DNA of 64,000 nucleotides from Octopus vulgaris (lineage: Eukaryota): the NCBI GenBank assembly GCA_951406725.2, contig OX597816.1, forward strand, positions 32,488,001-32,552,000, written 5' to 3'. Made by a program: the position numbers and the translations under genes. Of the stretch, positions 1-14,219 are shown piece by piece. The notes beneath the pieces were generated by a model that searched no databases, was not told the DNA's origin, and was given only the letters and a program-made list of their open reading frames with translations. Within the stretch, counting starts at the first letter, position 1, and every line of letters begins with the position of its first letter.

Positions 1-329
1 CTTTTATGGGCGTGACATGAAGTATTCATGCCTATTTTTTTCTTTTATGTGACAAAATGAGAATCACAACATTTTGTCAAAGCAAAAGCCCACCCTTCAT
101 TCTATTCTTTTATAAGCCCCGCAAGGATAAACTTTAATCTGTAATGACACGAATGAGTTATTTTTCTGATATTTTTCATATTTCTATTCTAATTCTTTTT
201 CTGCTGCAGTTATTTATACTGTTGCACGTATTGAAAATATGGCAATTCCTCTTGTCCACGATTATAACAACTTCACTTCTAACTGTAAGAAGAGTAGTAC
301 GTCTTATACTGATCGATGTAATTTGTGGC

Positions 330-630
330 AGTATTTTTACAAGTTCTGGGTAACATTAATCAGTTAAATCTATAATAATCTATGAACTATCAACAAATAA
401 TATGATACGAGGTTCGTTCATTAACGATTTCCCCTGATCCACCTCCGGTTATTACAGGATACGGAAGTTGTACAGTTGCAATGATATATATCTCACATTT
501 TAAAGTACTGCATTCCTCTAATATTTGTGTATTTCAGTCCTTGGAAAGTGGGTAAAGGGAAATCTTTAATGTACACTCCACGTATATCAAAAACTGACGT
601 AAAATATATAGTTGTAAGGATTCAGATAAT
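330..630 (-). pseudogene. Decayed exon resembling the ANF-receptor (PBP type 1) extracellular domain of a receptor guanylyl cyclase (copy C)
   Basis: Minus-strand acceptor ttcttacag next to 630; translation with stops YLNPYNYIFYVSF*YTWSVH...KSLMNEPRIILFVDSS resembles the FxWxxV...xRIII motifs of the ANF domain. Confidence 0.35.
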
Positions 631-976
631 CTGTAAGAAATCCATAATAATCTTTCAAAAACGAGAGGAAATGATCTGAAGACGATTTCACTGCCATATT
701 AGGAGGCTAAACCTGTATAAGACCCACCATGTGAGTACGAAAACGGCATGTTGCTAAAATTATTGGCAACAAATAAAATGTATGTATGTGTATTTATATA
801 TACTAACACATGCGTTTATATATGTATATATATATATATATATAAATTCAACAACAATTGAGGAACGGCTATAATAGGCCGTTCGACCCACTAGAAATAG
901 CAGCCAGGGCTCCAACCGCAAATAGTAATAATTCCGAAATCTAAGGAACAATTAAAAAAACATTTACCCTGTTCTT

Positions 977-1087
977 CTTTAGACAATGCATTGTTTCGGC
1001 GTTTTTTAATGGTAAACCAGCCTGATTAAATTAAATTAAACTTAATCAAGTCAATCTTCCAAAAGGCCAACGCGCTCATCAGTAAAG
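977..1087 (-). ncRNA. Type I hammerhead ribozyme with extended stem II
   Basis: Minus strand reads CUUUA-CUGAUGA-[78-nt hairpin]-GAAAC-AAUGCAUU-GUC-UAAAG: 5-bp stem I, palindromic stem III, full core. Confidence 0.88.
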
Positions 1088-1191
1088 GAGCCAGAAGGGA
1101 CAGAAATTACACGAGGCAGCTACAACCATGCCTAGTTAACATCTGACCTAAAATTTTCAAAACCATCGTACTCGTGCCAAATCTTAGCAGG

Positions 1192-1320
1192 GAAGAAGAA
1201 AAAGAAGAAGAAGAAGAAGAAGAAGGAGGAGGAGGAGGAGGAGGAGGAGAAGGATGAGGAGAAGAAGAAGGAGGAGGAGGAGGAGGAGGAGAAGGAGGAG
1301 GAGGAGAAGAAGAAGAAGAA

Positions 1321-1352
<32 letters not shown>

Positions 1353-1355
1353 AGA
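1192..1355. repeat. (GAA/GGA)n microsatellite
   Basis: Direct reading. Confidence 0.95.
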
Positions 1356-2329
1356 ATACGGGAGTACAATGTCAGTAGTAGGATGGCAAATGGTCAAGTG
1401 CCCTGAAAGTGATTTGTTGTGGATGGTAGAAGTAATTGAATTCTTGAGACATCTCTTTAGAATGTATTGTTTAGAAAAGTTGCGTAGGTGTTATTATCAA
1501 CAGAAATAGTACTAAAGTTAGGAAGGAGGTGGTGTAGAGGAAGACGACGAAAAAGGAGAAAGAGAAGGGGGAATAATAGAGGAATGCAGGCTCTATAATT
1601 GTAGTAGGAAGTTGAATGGTCAAGTGACGCATAAGTGACTCGTTATGGATTATAGCAGTAATCGGGAACGTTTTTATTGAATTCTTGGGAATCTCTTTGA
1701 GTGCATCGTTTTTTCATATTTTCGTATGCGTACGTGTTATCCTCAGGTTGTGGTGGATATGTCGTTTGTTCTAGATGCGTTCAAAATGGGTCTGTATTTT
1801 GTAATAAACAGAGTCTCTTTACTATTTCATCGGCAACAGGTTGTATTGTCCCTGAATTGGTAGAGGGGAAACATTCTGAAGCTTGGATATTTGTTATTGG
1901 CGCAAATATCGACATGTTGGCTGAAAGCAATTTTTCTGTTTTGGGGAATTTTGATCTGGAAACACTGCAAAGCCATCCTTTTACGTAGACTGTTTTCGTT
2001 CGGCCTATGTATTGCTCTTGACACTCAGAGCAGCTTAGTGCGTATATCAGGTTTTCTGAAGAACATGTGAAACTGTTTTTCACTGCGAAAAGTTGTCCCT
2101 GTTTGAAGATGAACTCTGATCCCTCAATTAATTTAACGCATATCCCATAGCTGAGTGTTCCGCATTTTTTTTTACTCACGACTTCTGTGTTGTTGAGCGT
2201 ATTCAAGCTTGTTTTAGAAATCTTTTCATAGATTTGGGTTGTCTCTTGCTTATGATGGCATGTATTTGGAGGATTAAGTTCATTCTGTGGTCCTCGCAAG
2301 GCATGTAGACTCAGCATTAGCCTGGACAT

Positions 2330-2880
2330 GACTGTTGTACTGTTGCAGCCTACACCAGGAAATCCGTACGTGGAACCAGCTATGTTGGTTGAAGGAACAT
2401 TTCTGAAAGTGGAGACAGGTTAGTCTAACTGAGCGGCACACTGAACTGTTCTTGCTTTCTGGATGCTGAAATATCTTTCAGGCTGCAGAGAGCAACTGAT
2501 TCCTACCGGTTTCTTCAGCAGTTGATATATAGGGTACTTGTGAATGGAAAGAGAACCCCGGAAGAAACCAAGGCTACGATTTAAGGACTGTGCCAAGTCT
2601 TCATTAAAGTCTTGTGATATGCAGGAGATTGATTAGTAGAGCAATACTTGTCATTGTCACATATGGAGGAAGCAGTTTTTGGAGGGATTCGATACTTTTG
2701 GGAGAGCACATTTTCTGCAGGAAGAACTAACGCGTGCTGCGCGAAAGCGCACTGCTGGTGTAGTGAATAGGGAAAGCTTGTTTTGCAATATTTGCAGTCG
2801 TGTATGGTTGTAAAGAGCAGAGCTCCTTAGCCAACAACGGAGACGCAAATGCAAAATAAACGTTAGTCCTAGAGGGCACA
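2330..2880 (+). mobile_element. RTE-clade LINE 3' fragment (degenerate)
   Basis: LVNGKR..KKPRLRFKDCAKSSLKSCD...WRKQFLEGFDTF...RAARKR plus a CxxC, matching the RTE C-terminal pattern. Confidence 0.65.
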
Positions 2881-3019
2881 ATGCTCCTGAAAATTAGTAA
2901 TGGTTTTCCTCAATCACGAGTGGAGGGCCATATTGTATGTATGAATGCATTTATGTATATATATATATGTCTGTATGAGTGTATGAATGTATGTATGTAT
3001 GTATGTATCTATGTACCTA

Positions 3020-3600
3020 TCCACCTACGGTGGACGTTTACCCCTTACGCAGAGTTTGACCATCTCCTGTACCGACACCTTAGATACATTGGGGCGTCTG
3101 ATATGGCCCCTTAAATCTGGCAATATATTGAAAGGACACCCATGTAGATTGCATATCTGATTTGGACGAAAAAGAACTGAAGCTATGTTCCTATTTTAGG
3201 GAACTTAAAATGTCTTTTGAGGTCTCGGTTCGATTTGCAGACCTTACGGAATGCACGGCATTGAAAGGTGTTCATAGATGTATAAGCAGAATAATTGATG
3301 GGTGGGCTTTTGTGTTTCATGGGTGTGCATATGAGATTTGAACTGAAAAAAAAAGAAAGGCATGATCTTTCAAAACCTGTGAAACATAAAAAGGAGATTG
3401 AGATTCACAATCTCCATCTATCAATTACTTTTGAATCTCTCTTGAGTCCTGCATATATTATCATTGCCTCCTCAAACGCTTTCACTCTACTCCACACTAT
3501 TGCACGCCATCCAGATCGATACAAAGCAACGGTTTCTATGACCATTGGAATCATTCCAAGTGACCTCATGCCGTCCTTAAACCTATTTTCAGGTTTGTTT
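3020..3600 (-). mobile_element. CR1-like LINE 3' fragment (very degenerate)
   Basis: Fragments ERLRR..MIIYA and FNILPDLRG resemble the CR1 C-terminal SLERRRERY.IIY / LFNILP..LR. Confidence 0.35.
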
Positions 3601-3619
3601 TTGTGTATTTTTATATGTG

Positions 3620-3861
<242 letters not shown>

Positions 3862-4319
3862 TATGCAAATGGGAATAAAAATCATTATGTATCCATTTGT
3901 TTCTATATATGGGATAATCTATATATGCATGCGTAAACCCTGCACGTATTCATAATAAATCAGTATTGAGGTACGCGTCTGCATGAGCAAGATATTCATG
4001 GGTGTCACGTTAAGAGAACTTGAGCGGATGTAAATATATGTGTATGCACGTGAGCGCACGCGCATTTATGTGTGTGTTTACATCGCGGTGCGCATAAAAA
4101 CTTCTGTGTATTTGTGGACACGTACAAATATATTATATGCATGCATATAAACTGAACCTTCACACATTCACTCACTCGTATATGTATATATATATATATA
4201 TATATTACGTATTTATATGTGTATTGTTTCGGGCGACGTACAGTCTATGTTCCCGTGGCAGACCACTCTTTTACACACGTATTTATTGTTTCAAGAATAA
4301 GAAATATTATCTGCAATCA

Positions 4320-4700
4320 CTGAAATTACAGAAATCAATCACAACGATGCAGTTATGTCTTGAAAGAATTATTGATATATTGGGCGTTAAGCGGTCTGTT
4401 TGCAAGGAACCATAGAATAAAATTGCCTATGCAAGAATTAAATTAGCACAAAAGGATTCGATGAAATGGGTGTGAGCACAGAGAGGGGATTATCTGAAAA
4501 TAACAGATGTGGGTTTCTATGAAAAAAAAAGATATATTGTCCAACAAATTTAATGCATGAATTAATGAATCCTTACATTCTTTGTTTTAGTGTAAGATAT
4601 CTCGTATTTGCATTGTGGAGAAAAAAATAATATAGAGGAAAGATATGTTGTACTCGAATATTTAAACATTCATGAACAACAAAGTTAAACTGAAAGACAA
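4320..4700 (-). pseudogene. Possible decayed ANF-receptor-domain exon (N-lobe; rGC copy C)
   Basis: ECKDSLIHALNLLD...IIPSLCS resembles C.D...A.DL...FIGP.CS; contains stops. Confidence 0.25.
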
Positions 4701-4789
4701 TGAAAATTTTATGAATGGGTAATGATGGCTAATATTTCTAATAAACACTCACTCACACAAAGGAATATATATATGTAGGTGTGTGTGTG

Positions 4790-4929
<140 letters not shown>

Positions 4930-5540
4930 CATAAACGCACACATACAGACCTATGTGCACGCACAAATCATCATTTATATGTATATTTATGAAGGGGAGT
5001 TGTGTGTTATTGAATGAAGTGGATGGATACTGAGTGTAAGTTACTCGTTTCGTAGAAGATGGTTCCGCGAGTAAATCTATATTTTCACCATCATTCACTT
5101 TATCTATATCATACTCTCACCATACACATATCTACACACACGCGCGGGTGCAAGTAACTAAGCATTCTACAAACACACATATTCTTTTTATTTAATCCCA
5201 AATACAAATTGCTTGACTCTTGTTTGGTGAGACCATTTTCTACGTTAAAATACACATACATCACGTTACTCTGTGTTCAACTAATGTATACATATTTTTT
5301 GTCTTGTTTTACATGGATAGTTTCTTGTTCATATATGTTTGTGTTATGATTTACAACTGTGAACAATAAAACGGAGTAAAACGAGTCGTGTTGCAAGAGA
5401 GGGCTTAGAGATGGCTAGTTTACTTTAATACCTAACATACACACAGACATACAGATATACATAATTACAGGCATATATATCTATATGTATGTATGTTTGT
5501 ATGTATGTATGTATCTCTCTCTCTCTATCTCTCTCTCTCT

Positions 5541-5584
<44 letters not shown>

Positions 5585-5832
5585 CATGCATATTTATATA
5601 TTCATCATGCTCTACCGTTAATTCCTACATATCTTTTCTCCCTTCGTGTGTTTTCGTTCAGTCTTCTCTTTTTCCCTCTGAATGGTTTTTTTCCACGCGC
5701 GTAGGATCGAAACGTAAAGGCATTTCCTTTCTTCCTGAGCGTTAAACTAATACATCTGCGTGTTGTCCCTATACTACACCTGCTTTCGTCTATTGTGTTG
5801 TTAAATATAAAATAGTTCTGTATGTATGTAAG

Positions 5833-5869
<37 letters not shown>

Positions 5870-5898
5870 GTAGGTGTATGTACATGGGTATATGTATG

Positions 5899-5960
<62 letters not shown>

Positions 5961-6299
5961 TGCATATATAAATTTATTATAAAATAGTTCTGTGTTGAAT
6001 TTATTGATATAATTATTGCTATTTGGTTCACGAATGCTTGATATTTGAAATTTATAATAGTGCAATATTACTATTCTTTCTCTAAACGGTAAAGACACTC
6101 TCTTCAAGTACAATAATTATAGAAAAAATATAAGGACTACCTACCTTGGAACACCACTCTCCGAAAGAAAGAACGATTCTTCTCGCGCTTCCCGAAGACA
6201 ACCCTGAGTAATCTACTTACAGTTACCACGTCAGTCGAAGTAGAATCCCTTATTTTCTGCGTGTAGAAACTACAAACGGCGGAATAGCACAGTTTTCAA

Positions 6300-7640
6300 A
6301 AATAGGTGCAGGTTGTCAAGTGTTGTATGTGTTGAATTTGATTGATAGCGCTTAATAATTAGCTTCGGTGAAAACTGGAGGGGAAAAGTAACTATTTAGT
6401 ATGCGAGAGTTTGATTGAGTAAAACCTCAAGATCAACGTGCTATAGGTGACGATTATGATAGAATCGTTTCCGCAATGTTAAATAAGCCATTCCCATGTA
6501 ATATAAGAAATGAGAGCTGTATCAGTGAAATGTGCTGATGCGATGATTGCCTGACCTTCTAAGAAATTACAAGTCTGCGTTTGATAGACTGAGATGGTGA
6601 CAATACTTCTGATTCCGGTAGAAAATATGTATCTAGTATTTTAAATGGTGTGGATGCTGCCACATTGTGCACACATCTACACGTGTTGCTGTACATAAGA
6701 ATTCACGTGTTGAAAGGTCCTTCTACCTGCATACATTCGATTCTCGTACTTGGATGTATACTCACATACTAAGCAGTACATTAGTTTAATTAATCTACAC
6801 TCTTCAGTCTTGTAGATGTTGCGGTATATTCAACCAGGATATTGTTAGGCACCCATTGCCCATTTGTAGTTGGGCTATTCATTCTATGTATGAGGAAATA
6901 GAAGACTGTCTGCTGAAACTAAGGGGAAATAAACTTTTTCAGGAATTCCGTTCCTCAAAAATGGGTTTCTCTTCTGCCTGTCCTGGAGGATTTGTTATCC
7001 AAGATCATGGTAATTTCCAGAACGTCGTCATCGAAGATGGCTACAGTTGATAGTATCAATCTGAGAAAAACTTTAAAGACATGGATTTTTGTGACGTGAG
7101 TCTACTGAGATTGTGCCGAGTGACAACACCCTGCATCAAATATTTGTTCAGTGACTGATGACTGCATACTTATTAAGGTTTACTGAGCAGGTTTCGAATT
7201 ATTGTAGATTAGTGACCAGATTTCTATTCATAGAAATACATGGAGTATAACTTTTGAGAATCTCAAATGAAAATGTTGATAAGCAGAGGAGGTAAATGAC
7301 AAGGCCCGACACTCTACTATCCGCCCGCTCTCTCATGTAATGTTTATGTTTAAACTCGGAAGAAATGCAACGGACGAATGGATTTACACCAAGGGTGACT
7401 TTAGAAAGTGTTGACTTACTGGAACTTTTCCGTACATGCAGCAGTAGTTCAGGGAATGGCAGGTGGAAAATTGCACATTTCGTTTGGTTGTCACGAGAAT
7501 GGCATCTTTGTGCAGCCTTGGTTAACCATTGGGAGAAGCTTCCTAGTGTGAGAAAATATGTATAAGGTTTTGTTTGAAAGTTTGTGGAAATTGTTAGATA
7601 TTTCAGTGACATCGTATTTCCGTAAGTCTGTACAATGCGT
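6300..7640 (-). mobile_element. Degenerate LINE (RTE-like) reverse transcriptase remnant
   Basis: KVTLGVNP..CISSEF resembles FKVTTGVRQGCVLSPLLF; RNLVTNLQ...VNLNK resembles the post-YADD segment. Confidence 0.5.
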
Positions 7641-9699
7641 TCAACGTGTGTTTACATTAACCTATTCACATGACACCTCACGGCTGTGTCTAGAGCATTC
7701 ACCGAAGCATCTTCAAAAACAACGAAATTAGAACACTCCCAAACCATCACAACTATAATCAATCTACTACGTTACTCATTACAAAAACAACAGGATAACT
7801 TACAATCCCAAGCCAAAAAAAGTAGACGAAAAGGAAAGATTGCATCGACGAACACATCCAAGCACTTCGCATATTTTGTGAACTTAACGTTATAAACGAA
7901 AATAATAGTCAGTGAAGGGACTACTTTACAAGGAATATAACTATATATCATTAGAAAGGCGACAATTTTAAAGAATCATTCAAAACGGCACAATACGGAT
8001 TATCAATAAAATGACACGTGGAAGTTAACGTACTGACTTCGACAATTACCTTGCAAGGATTAGAATTTTTAGAAAAAAAAGCAGTGACAAGACACTATTG
8101 CAAAAAAATCTACAGTAACCGCTCCTGGAAGAAATGCGTACTACATGTCATTCTCAAAAGTGAGTGACCTCTCTCACTAGAGATATGTTGTCACATAGAA
8201 TAGGATATGTAGTTATACGCTGGCGTGCCACCTTGAAACAATGGTTGCGTGCTGTACTGCCTTATATAACTAGTCTTACATTTGACAGCAATTACAGAAA
8301 TGAGAATTTATTGGAGCGCACTCATTCAGCCCTATCTTCGGGGACTGTAAGGTACACTCAGTAGGTGGCCAGGATATACTGAATGGAGGAGTGTTCAGAT
8401 TTTCCAGAAATTTCATATTATAGCTACAAGCCATGTTGCATCCAAGAGATAAATTGGTAGCTCGGTAGCACGGGATGGGAATAGAAGTAGAGGCATTTCA
8501 TTCAATCTAGGGCTGTCTATGCGCCGAACGAGTCTACCCGGCTGAGATATGTTTAATGTCTAGAAACCTTTACAGGAACATTCTGTCATTTTATATATAA
8601 TTCGGAGATTCGGAAATGTATTTTCGAACGATATTTTACATTGATTGATTCGATTAACCTAATTTGTGATTATGGACATGGAATAAAATCTACGGATTAT
8701 CTAATTGAATTTATATCGTGTTTTCACTAGATTAGCACAGAGAATAGTATAGGATGTTGTTTACATTTTAAACACATCACGTATGTGTGACCTGCACAGT
8801 CGACTAAGTTTAATTTACATTAAGTTGAAGCCGTGTTTTTTCTTCACGCGCGAAATTTCCATAACAGGATTAGCACCTAAATAATGTAACAGCTGAGAGT
8901 GGAATTAATCGACAAAAGGTGAAAGAGCTACCTGAGAGGGAACATGGGTAGGTAGCGTTTAGGAAAGAGCCAGCGGTAGAAAAAGACATGAGTATAGTAT
9001 AAGCTGGGAACTATTATAAAGCTGCTATCAGAGCGAGATATTGTGCGCCAAAAGAGTACGGAAGGAAAGCCAACCGCGAGCATGAAAGATTTAAATATGG
9101 TGTGACATATACCATTCAGGTTTTGAAGTACCAGGGTGTGTGTTTGGTATATGATTCGAAAGAGATGAATGCGGCGTTGCAAAACTACTAAGTACAGCAA
9201 TTCAAATCAGTTAGATCATGATCGTTATGTGTGTATACCAACATCAGCGTCTTGAAACAGAAAATATTGATTGGTTGCACAACTTCCAATAGCGCAGTTC
9301 AGATGTTTCGCTTTATGGATTTCAAGAATATAAGCCAGACTTACTTGGTAAACGGATGTCGCAAGAGGAAACAGAACGGACGAATTTGCAACTCCGACAG
9401 TAGGGTTCTCCAAACGATGGTGAACAATGATAAACAGCAACAAGAAGTATATCATAGATTATTTCCGACTCCATACACGTGCTAAAGCAAGGAGTTTATA
9501 TTTCAACCAAAATGTTAGCATATACGATGCCACCTCTTATCTGAGGTTTGACTTGAGTGCAATCCCTATTAGAATCATCTGCAACAATCTCTGATTTGTG
9601 AGAAGTAGCACAGAAAGCACAGAGAGCACCGAACACAAATCCGGTTGCAGGGTTGTAACATACTATGAATTTAATGGTTTACTAAACGTGCTTTTTGAA

Positions 9700-12600
9700 T
9701 ATACACTTCCATTTTAATTGACCTCTTGGTAGCTATCTACCCAAACTGGCAGCAGTAATCGTCTGTTCTATGAGTGAGGATGTATCGACGCTACAGAGAA
9801 CGGACTCAATCGAAGGAGATCACGTTGAAAATTATCATCCAGTAATTCTGCTAGAGATAGATTTCCAGAATGAATTTGTTTTAGTGAAGAATTTTGCTTG
9901 CCGTTGGTAGTCTGATTTGTGATGCGAAAAGATGCGCCATCCCGAACAGATCTATCCACGACAAACTTCACATCAGGCGATAAATCATTGAAAGTGCATA
10001 AGTCGATATAATGTATTTGGCTCCTTCTCTTAAAATTACTGACCTTACACCAGTGCTGGTGTAGTTTTATTGTTGATGATGCTCCTGTCACGGTATTAAT
10101 CTTGATGACTTGCTTCAAGTATTGTATAATTATTTGTGTCGTATCACGCAGATTTATTACAAAGAGGTGTGAGAAGATTGTTTGCAAGTATTGTCTGCAT
10201 TCAGTGGACAAAATGAAAAGGCAATTTTGAACTATTTGCTTTATGTCTTTAGGTTTAGCCATATTTCACTATAACTCTTTGTATTGTAGTAGCTGAAAGA
10301 TTTACTTGTCACAGTTTGTAGTGAAAAGATAAAGATGAATTTACGCCCCAGTCAAAAGACATTTAAAAAAAATGTCATTCATTTAAAAAAGAAAGCTGAA
10401 AAATCAAAATAAAGCTAATATCACACTCTCCAAAATAATGATTTTTTGTCAGATTATGTTGACAATACGGAATTAAAAATTTGCAGAGAAAACACTAACA
10501 ACGCACGCACACAGACAGGCAGACAGATAAACATACACACACACACACATACAACCAAACAAACAAACATGCACTATTGTTCCCGAGCGTAAATATTAAC
10601 AGCTTCTGACGCAGTTTTCCAAACATTGCTTTTTCAGCAAAATTGCTGGACAACAATGTAATACAGACAGAGAAATTTAAAAGATAATCTATACAGCAGA
10701 TTGCTACAAAAGTGCATATTCTTTCCAGAGGTACGGGAAATAATTTAAGCGATGTACTCTGTTTGCTGGTTAGGAGAGAAAATATTCAGCGTGCAGCTAA
10801 ATGAACGGAAACAAATTTGATCGGCAGCATTTCCAGCCTCCGGAGTAATGACATATTGATATATTTCAGCATGTATTCAAATCTGAAAGTGAGCTCTAAT
10901 GGTGTGTTAGCATAGTATGTTATGTTATGCAACTGTCCAAGGCATAAACCTCCCTATGTTGGTGAATGTTTGGGCATATTGAATGCTGTTTCCATGTCTC
11001 GTTTAGAGCACACTATGGAAAAATTTTGAACGAAGAGGTAAATCTATCCTAGTTCTATATTGCCAGTCTCATAAAAAGGAAAACAGACGGAGGAGAGAAA
11101 GAGGGTGGGGGGATAATAATGAATAGGAAGAACCAGTGACTGTGAAACCAAAAGTAATAGTGTACAGAAACAGAGCGAGGAATTTATCAATAACATTTTA
11201 AATGAATCTGGAAGCCGAGCTTCGCTTTGTTCACTCATAATTTCGATTAGATATGCTACATGGGGTTATTCAGGCACTCAGCTATGACTCCATTGCATCT
11301 TACCAAAGCAACATCAGTGAGCTAATAAAGAGCATGTGATAGTCATTTAATCGTTTGCCATGTCATATCTTAATACTCATTTCTTATTACACGACGTTCT
11401 GAAACTTATGAATATTGAGTTCTACACAAGGTTATTATTGTCGCAATGCCAATGCAAAATCTTAATAAATACTCTACACATGTGAAAGTTTCAAGAAAGA
11501 AATAGAGACCAATAGTATTCTGTGATAGAGGTCATTCAACTCGATTATGTTATAGAAAAACTAATGACAATGGAAGTAATCAAAGAGCATTTTGCCACAA
11601 AGCAACGGTCTTGAACAAAAACAATAGGACATTTTGGTGCACACAATCTTAGTACGAATGGGGAATATCAATTACATCAGGCATAAGCATTATAATTATT
11701 GTTTCATTGGGCAGGCATCGTATGGCATTATGAATATAGTTTCAAAATTATTTATAATGATATGAATGAAAGTAAATTATTCCTTTTCCACGTTTTCAAC
11801 GGTAGTTTCTTTATGGAATGATGGCCAAATTAAAATATTTCTTCTTCTTAGGAGTTTATAAAGTATAGAATTAAAATTTTTAAAAATAATAATTTCAAAA
11901 ATATTCCGATTTTCAGGTAATAATGTTGATACATATTGAATTGAAATTATTTTGTCAAAGTTGCAGAGTTGAAATAAATCAAATCTTATATATTCGAAAT
12001 TCTCTTACTCTTTATATTTTATTATTGTAATGTTGGATATGTAAAGCTTGCAGAAATTTTAACACGACGGTCAAAATGTTTAACATCAATTCATCCGTCT
12101 TTACATTCTCAGTTCGATTTCTGTCGAGTTTTACTTTGATTTCCCTCCTTCGGGATCAATAAAATAAGTAGCTGTCAAACAGTGGGGTCCATGTAATTGG
12201 CTACCCCGACTCACCTTAAATTTCAAGCCTTATGTCGGTATTAAAAAGTGAAATTTGTTAACATGATAGGCGATGAACTGGCTCAATCATTAACACACCA
12301 GGAAAGATGCTGAGTGGTGCTTCATGTGTCTTGATGTTCTGAGGTCAATTTCTGCTGCAAAGATGGGCTTTGATTTATATCCTTTAAAATTTGAAACCAA
12401 TATCTGTTTCCCACATTACTTTCTATCCCTCTCTCACCCTCTGTATCTGTCTCTTAGCTTCTCTCTCTCACACACGTTTTCTCTCTCACACAAACCTTTT
12501 TCTCTCTCACACTTTCTCTCTCTCACACACAACATATCTCTCTCTCTCTCTATCTCTCGCTATCTCTTTATGTTTCTTTGTGTGTGTGTGTGTGCATGCA

Positions 12601-13670
12601 TGTGCGAACATGTGTGTATGTTGGTACACAGCGGTTAAGAAAAACATAAAGCGGGAGAGAAATATTCATAGATTACCAGAGATGAACCTTTTAGTTGTTC
12701 GCTTTACTGCAAATAAATCGTAAAATCCTCACTTACTCTTATTAGAAAAGATGCCTAAAATCATAGTTTCAAATGTTGTCACAACGCCAGCAATTTTGTT
12801 TCGTGAAGTTAAGTCCGTTATATAAGCTCCTGTGTTCAAATCGTACTTCTTTTTTCCACTCCGAAAGTATAAAAGGGAAATATACCTCGGCAGAATTTGA
12901 ACTCAGAAGTTACTGTGAACGAAATGCAGCTCAGCATTTTGCTCGGTGTTTTAACGATTCTACCAACTCGCCGCCCTAAATAAATGTTAAAAAAAAACTT
13001 TCTACTAGAGGCACAAAACATTAAATTTTGCCGGAAAGGAATAGTCGATTATATCGAAACCAGTGTTTCACTGATATAAATTTTATAAAGCACGAAAGGA
13101 TGAATAGCAAAGTTAACCACAGCGGAATTTGAACTTTCAGGTGGTCAACATGCCGCTAAACATTACCCTCGGTGTGCTACTGATTTTACCAGCTCACCCA
13201 CTTAAATAATTAAGTATTAGATAATGCAAGCACAGTTACATTACGTCCGAACGTTTTCCACAATATTTACAGTTGTAGTACAGTTCACAATAAGCATATT
13301 TTGAAGCAATAAGCAATGGATTCAGAAAATATTACATATTTCATGTATGAATTTTTCAACAACGGATGCTTTATCTCTTTTTGAATTCAATAATTATTTG
13401 GCATAACACTGAACAAATCATTATCGAATAAACTCAAAAACGAATACTTAAAACCAAGAATATTGTAAACATACGTTAATCATAGTATTTTCTTTGTGGT
13501 CAAATATTTGTACAGCATTTCCCTTTTAGGTTATAACGACGTGGTGTTCCGCATTACTCTTATCACAACAAGCATATTGTACTCAAAAAAACAATATTAG
13601 AATGGCATCTCACAAATGGCGATTCAATTACAATAATTTGGATTAAATCCACATGTATAATACATTGCTT
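9700..13670 (-). pseudogene. Receptor guanylyl cyclase pseudogene, C-terminal half (copy B): hinge/TM, kinase-homology domain, signalling helix, cyclase domain
   Basis: Colinear minus-strand motifs: CGFNPNYC (13653-13630), RRYNL..NI* (~13540), DRCFVAK (11610-11590), SEQSEARLP (~11235-11209), SLLRRLE (10851-10831), TTPALV, IHSG (9875-9864), FQRDLL..SVAS, LPRGQLKWK (9732-9706); many stops and frameshifts. Confidence 0.6.
12045..13205. mobile_element. Cluster of four degenerate copies of one SINE family (+ 12045-12250, + 12268-12390, - ~12800-12980, - ~13000-13205); further copy + ~51470-51670
   Basis: Shared ggcgagytggcagaatcgtta...ttctgagttcaaattc (B-box-like)...aaaataagta...gtcgat(g/a)taatcga blocks. 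Confidence 0.7.
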
Positions 13671-14219
13671 CTCTATTAATTAACCTCGCTGCATTAACAT
13701 TAAATATGAATGTTCAACCTAAAGGTACAAAGAAAAACATTGGTTCAGAGTGAATAGATGATATCGATTATTCATCCAATTATTATAATCGTCTGCATTG
13801 TGTTCAGTACTTAATAATCATAAAACAGTGTCGTCCAGTGTGTTATACAAAATGCATAATTTGTCCTTAAGCTCAGATATTAAACAAGGGAAGAACTGCT
13901 TTGTTACAACTATGCTATTAGTTTCGTTGCCATTTCAATTTTTATCACATTCAAACCACAGTGAGACGTTCTCAGAAATTCGTCTCTATGTTATCGTACA
14001 ATTGCCTCAGACCAGCAAAATTAAAAAAAAATAAAAGTCTTCCTCAAATTACAGTCAGCCAAATTACAAAAATATGGTCATTTTGGGTTTTTTTAATTGT
14101 TGCATTAGATACGATTGTCATGGCAAAAATACATTTGATGTGATGCATGACAGCGTTAACCAATAACAAAAGTTACACATGTGCTATAAAATACCTATTA
14201 GCGTTAGAGATGTTTATGT

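Larger units (their letters stand above)
845..2300 (-). mobile_element. Penelope-like retroelement 3' remnant: GIY-YIG endonuclease, 3' UTR/pseudo-LTR and hammerhead
   Basis: Frameshifted translation FTCSSENLIYALSCSECQEQYIGRT / NSLRKRMA...SQHVDIC...KETLFITKYRPILN (about 2200-1775); the downstream region carries a hammerhead and ends at (TA)n. Confidence 0.85.

Noticed and set aside
420-635. Plus-strand Ig-like reading (PPPVITGY...KTD..YSC)
   Set aside because: Needs frameshifts and has no supporting neighbours; the minus-strand ANF-domain reading fits the regional pattern better.
2056-2080. CTGAAGA-acatgt-GAAAC hammerhead-like string
   Set aside because: No loop for stem II and no stem I; lies antisense inside the GIY-YIG coding region.
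9768-10262. 164-aa ORF read as a hAT transposase fragment or intact gene
   Set aside because: Only a vague N-terminal resemblance; the IHSG/VAS/RG motifs and upstream domains favour a cyclase relic, and the surrounding frames are broken.
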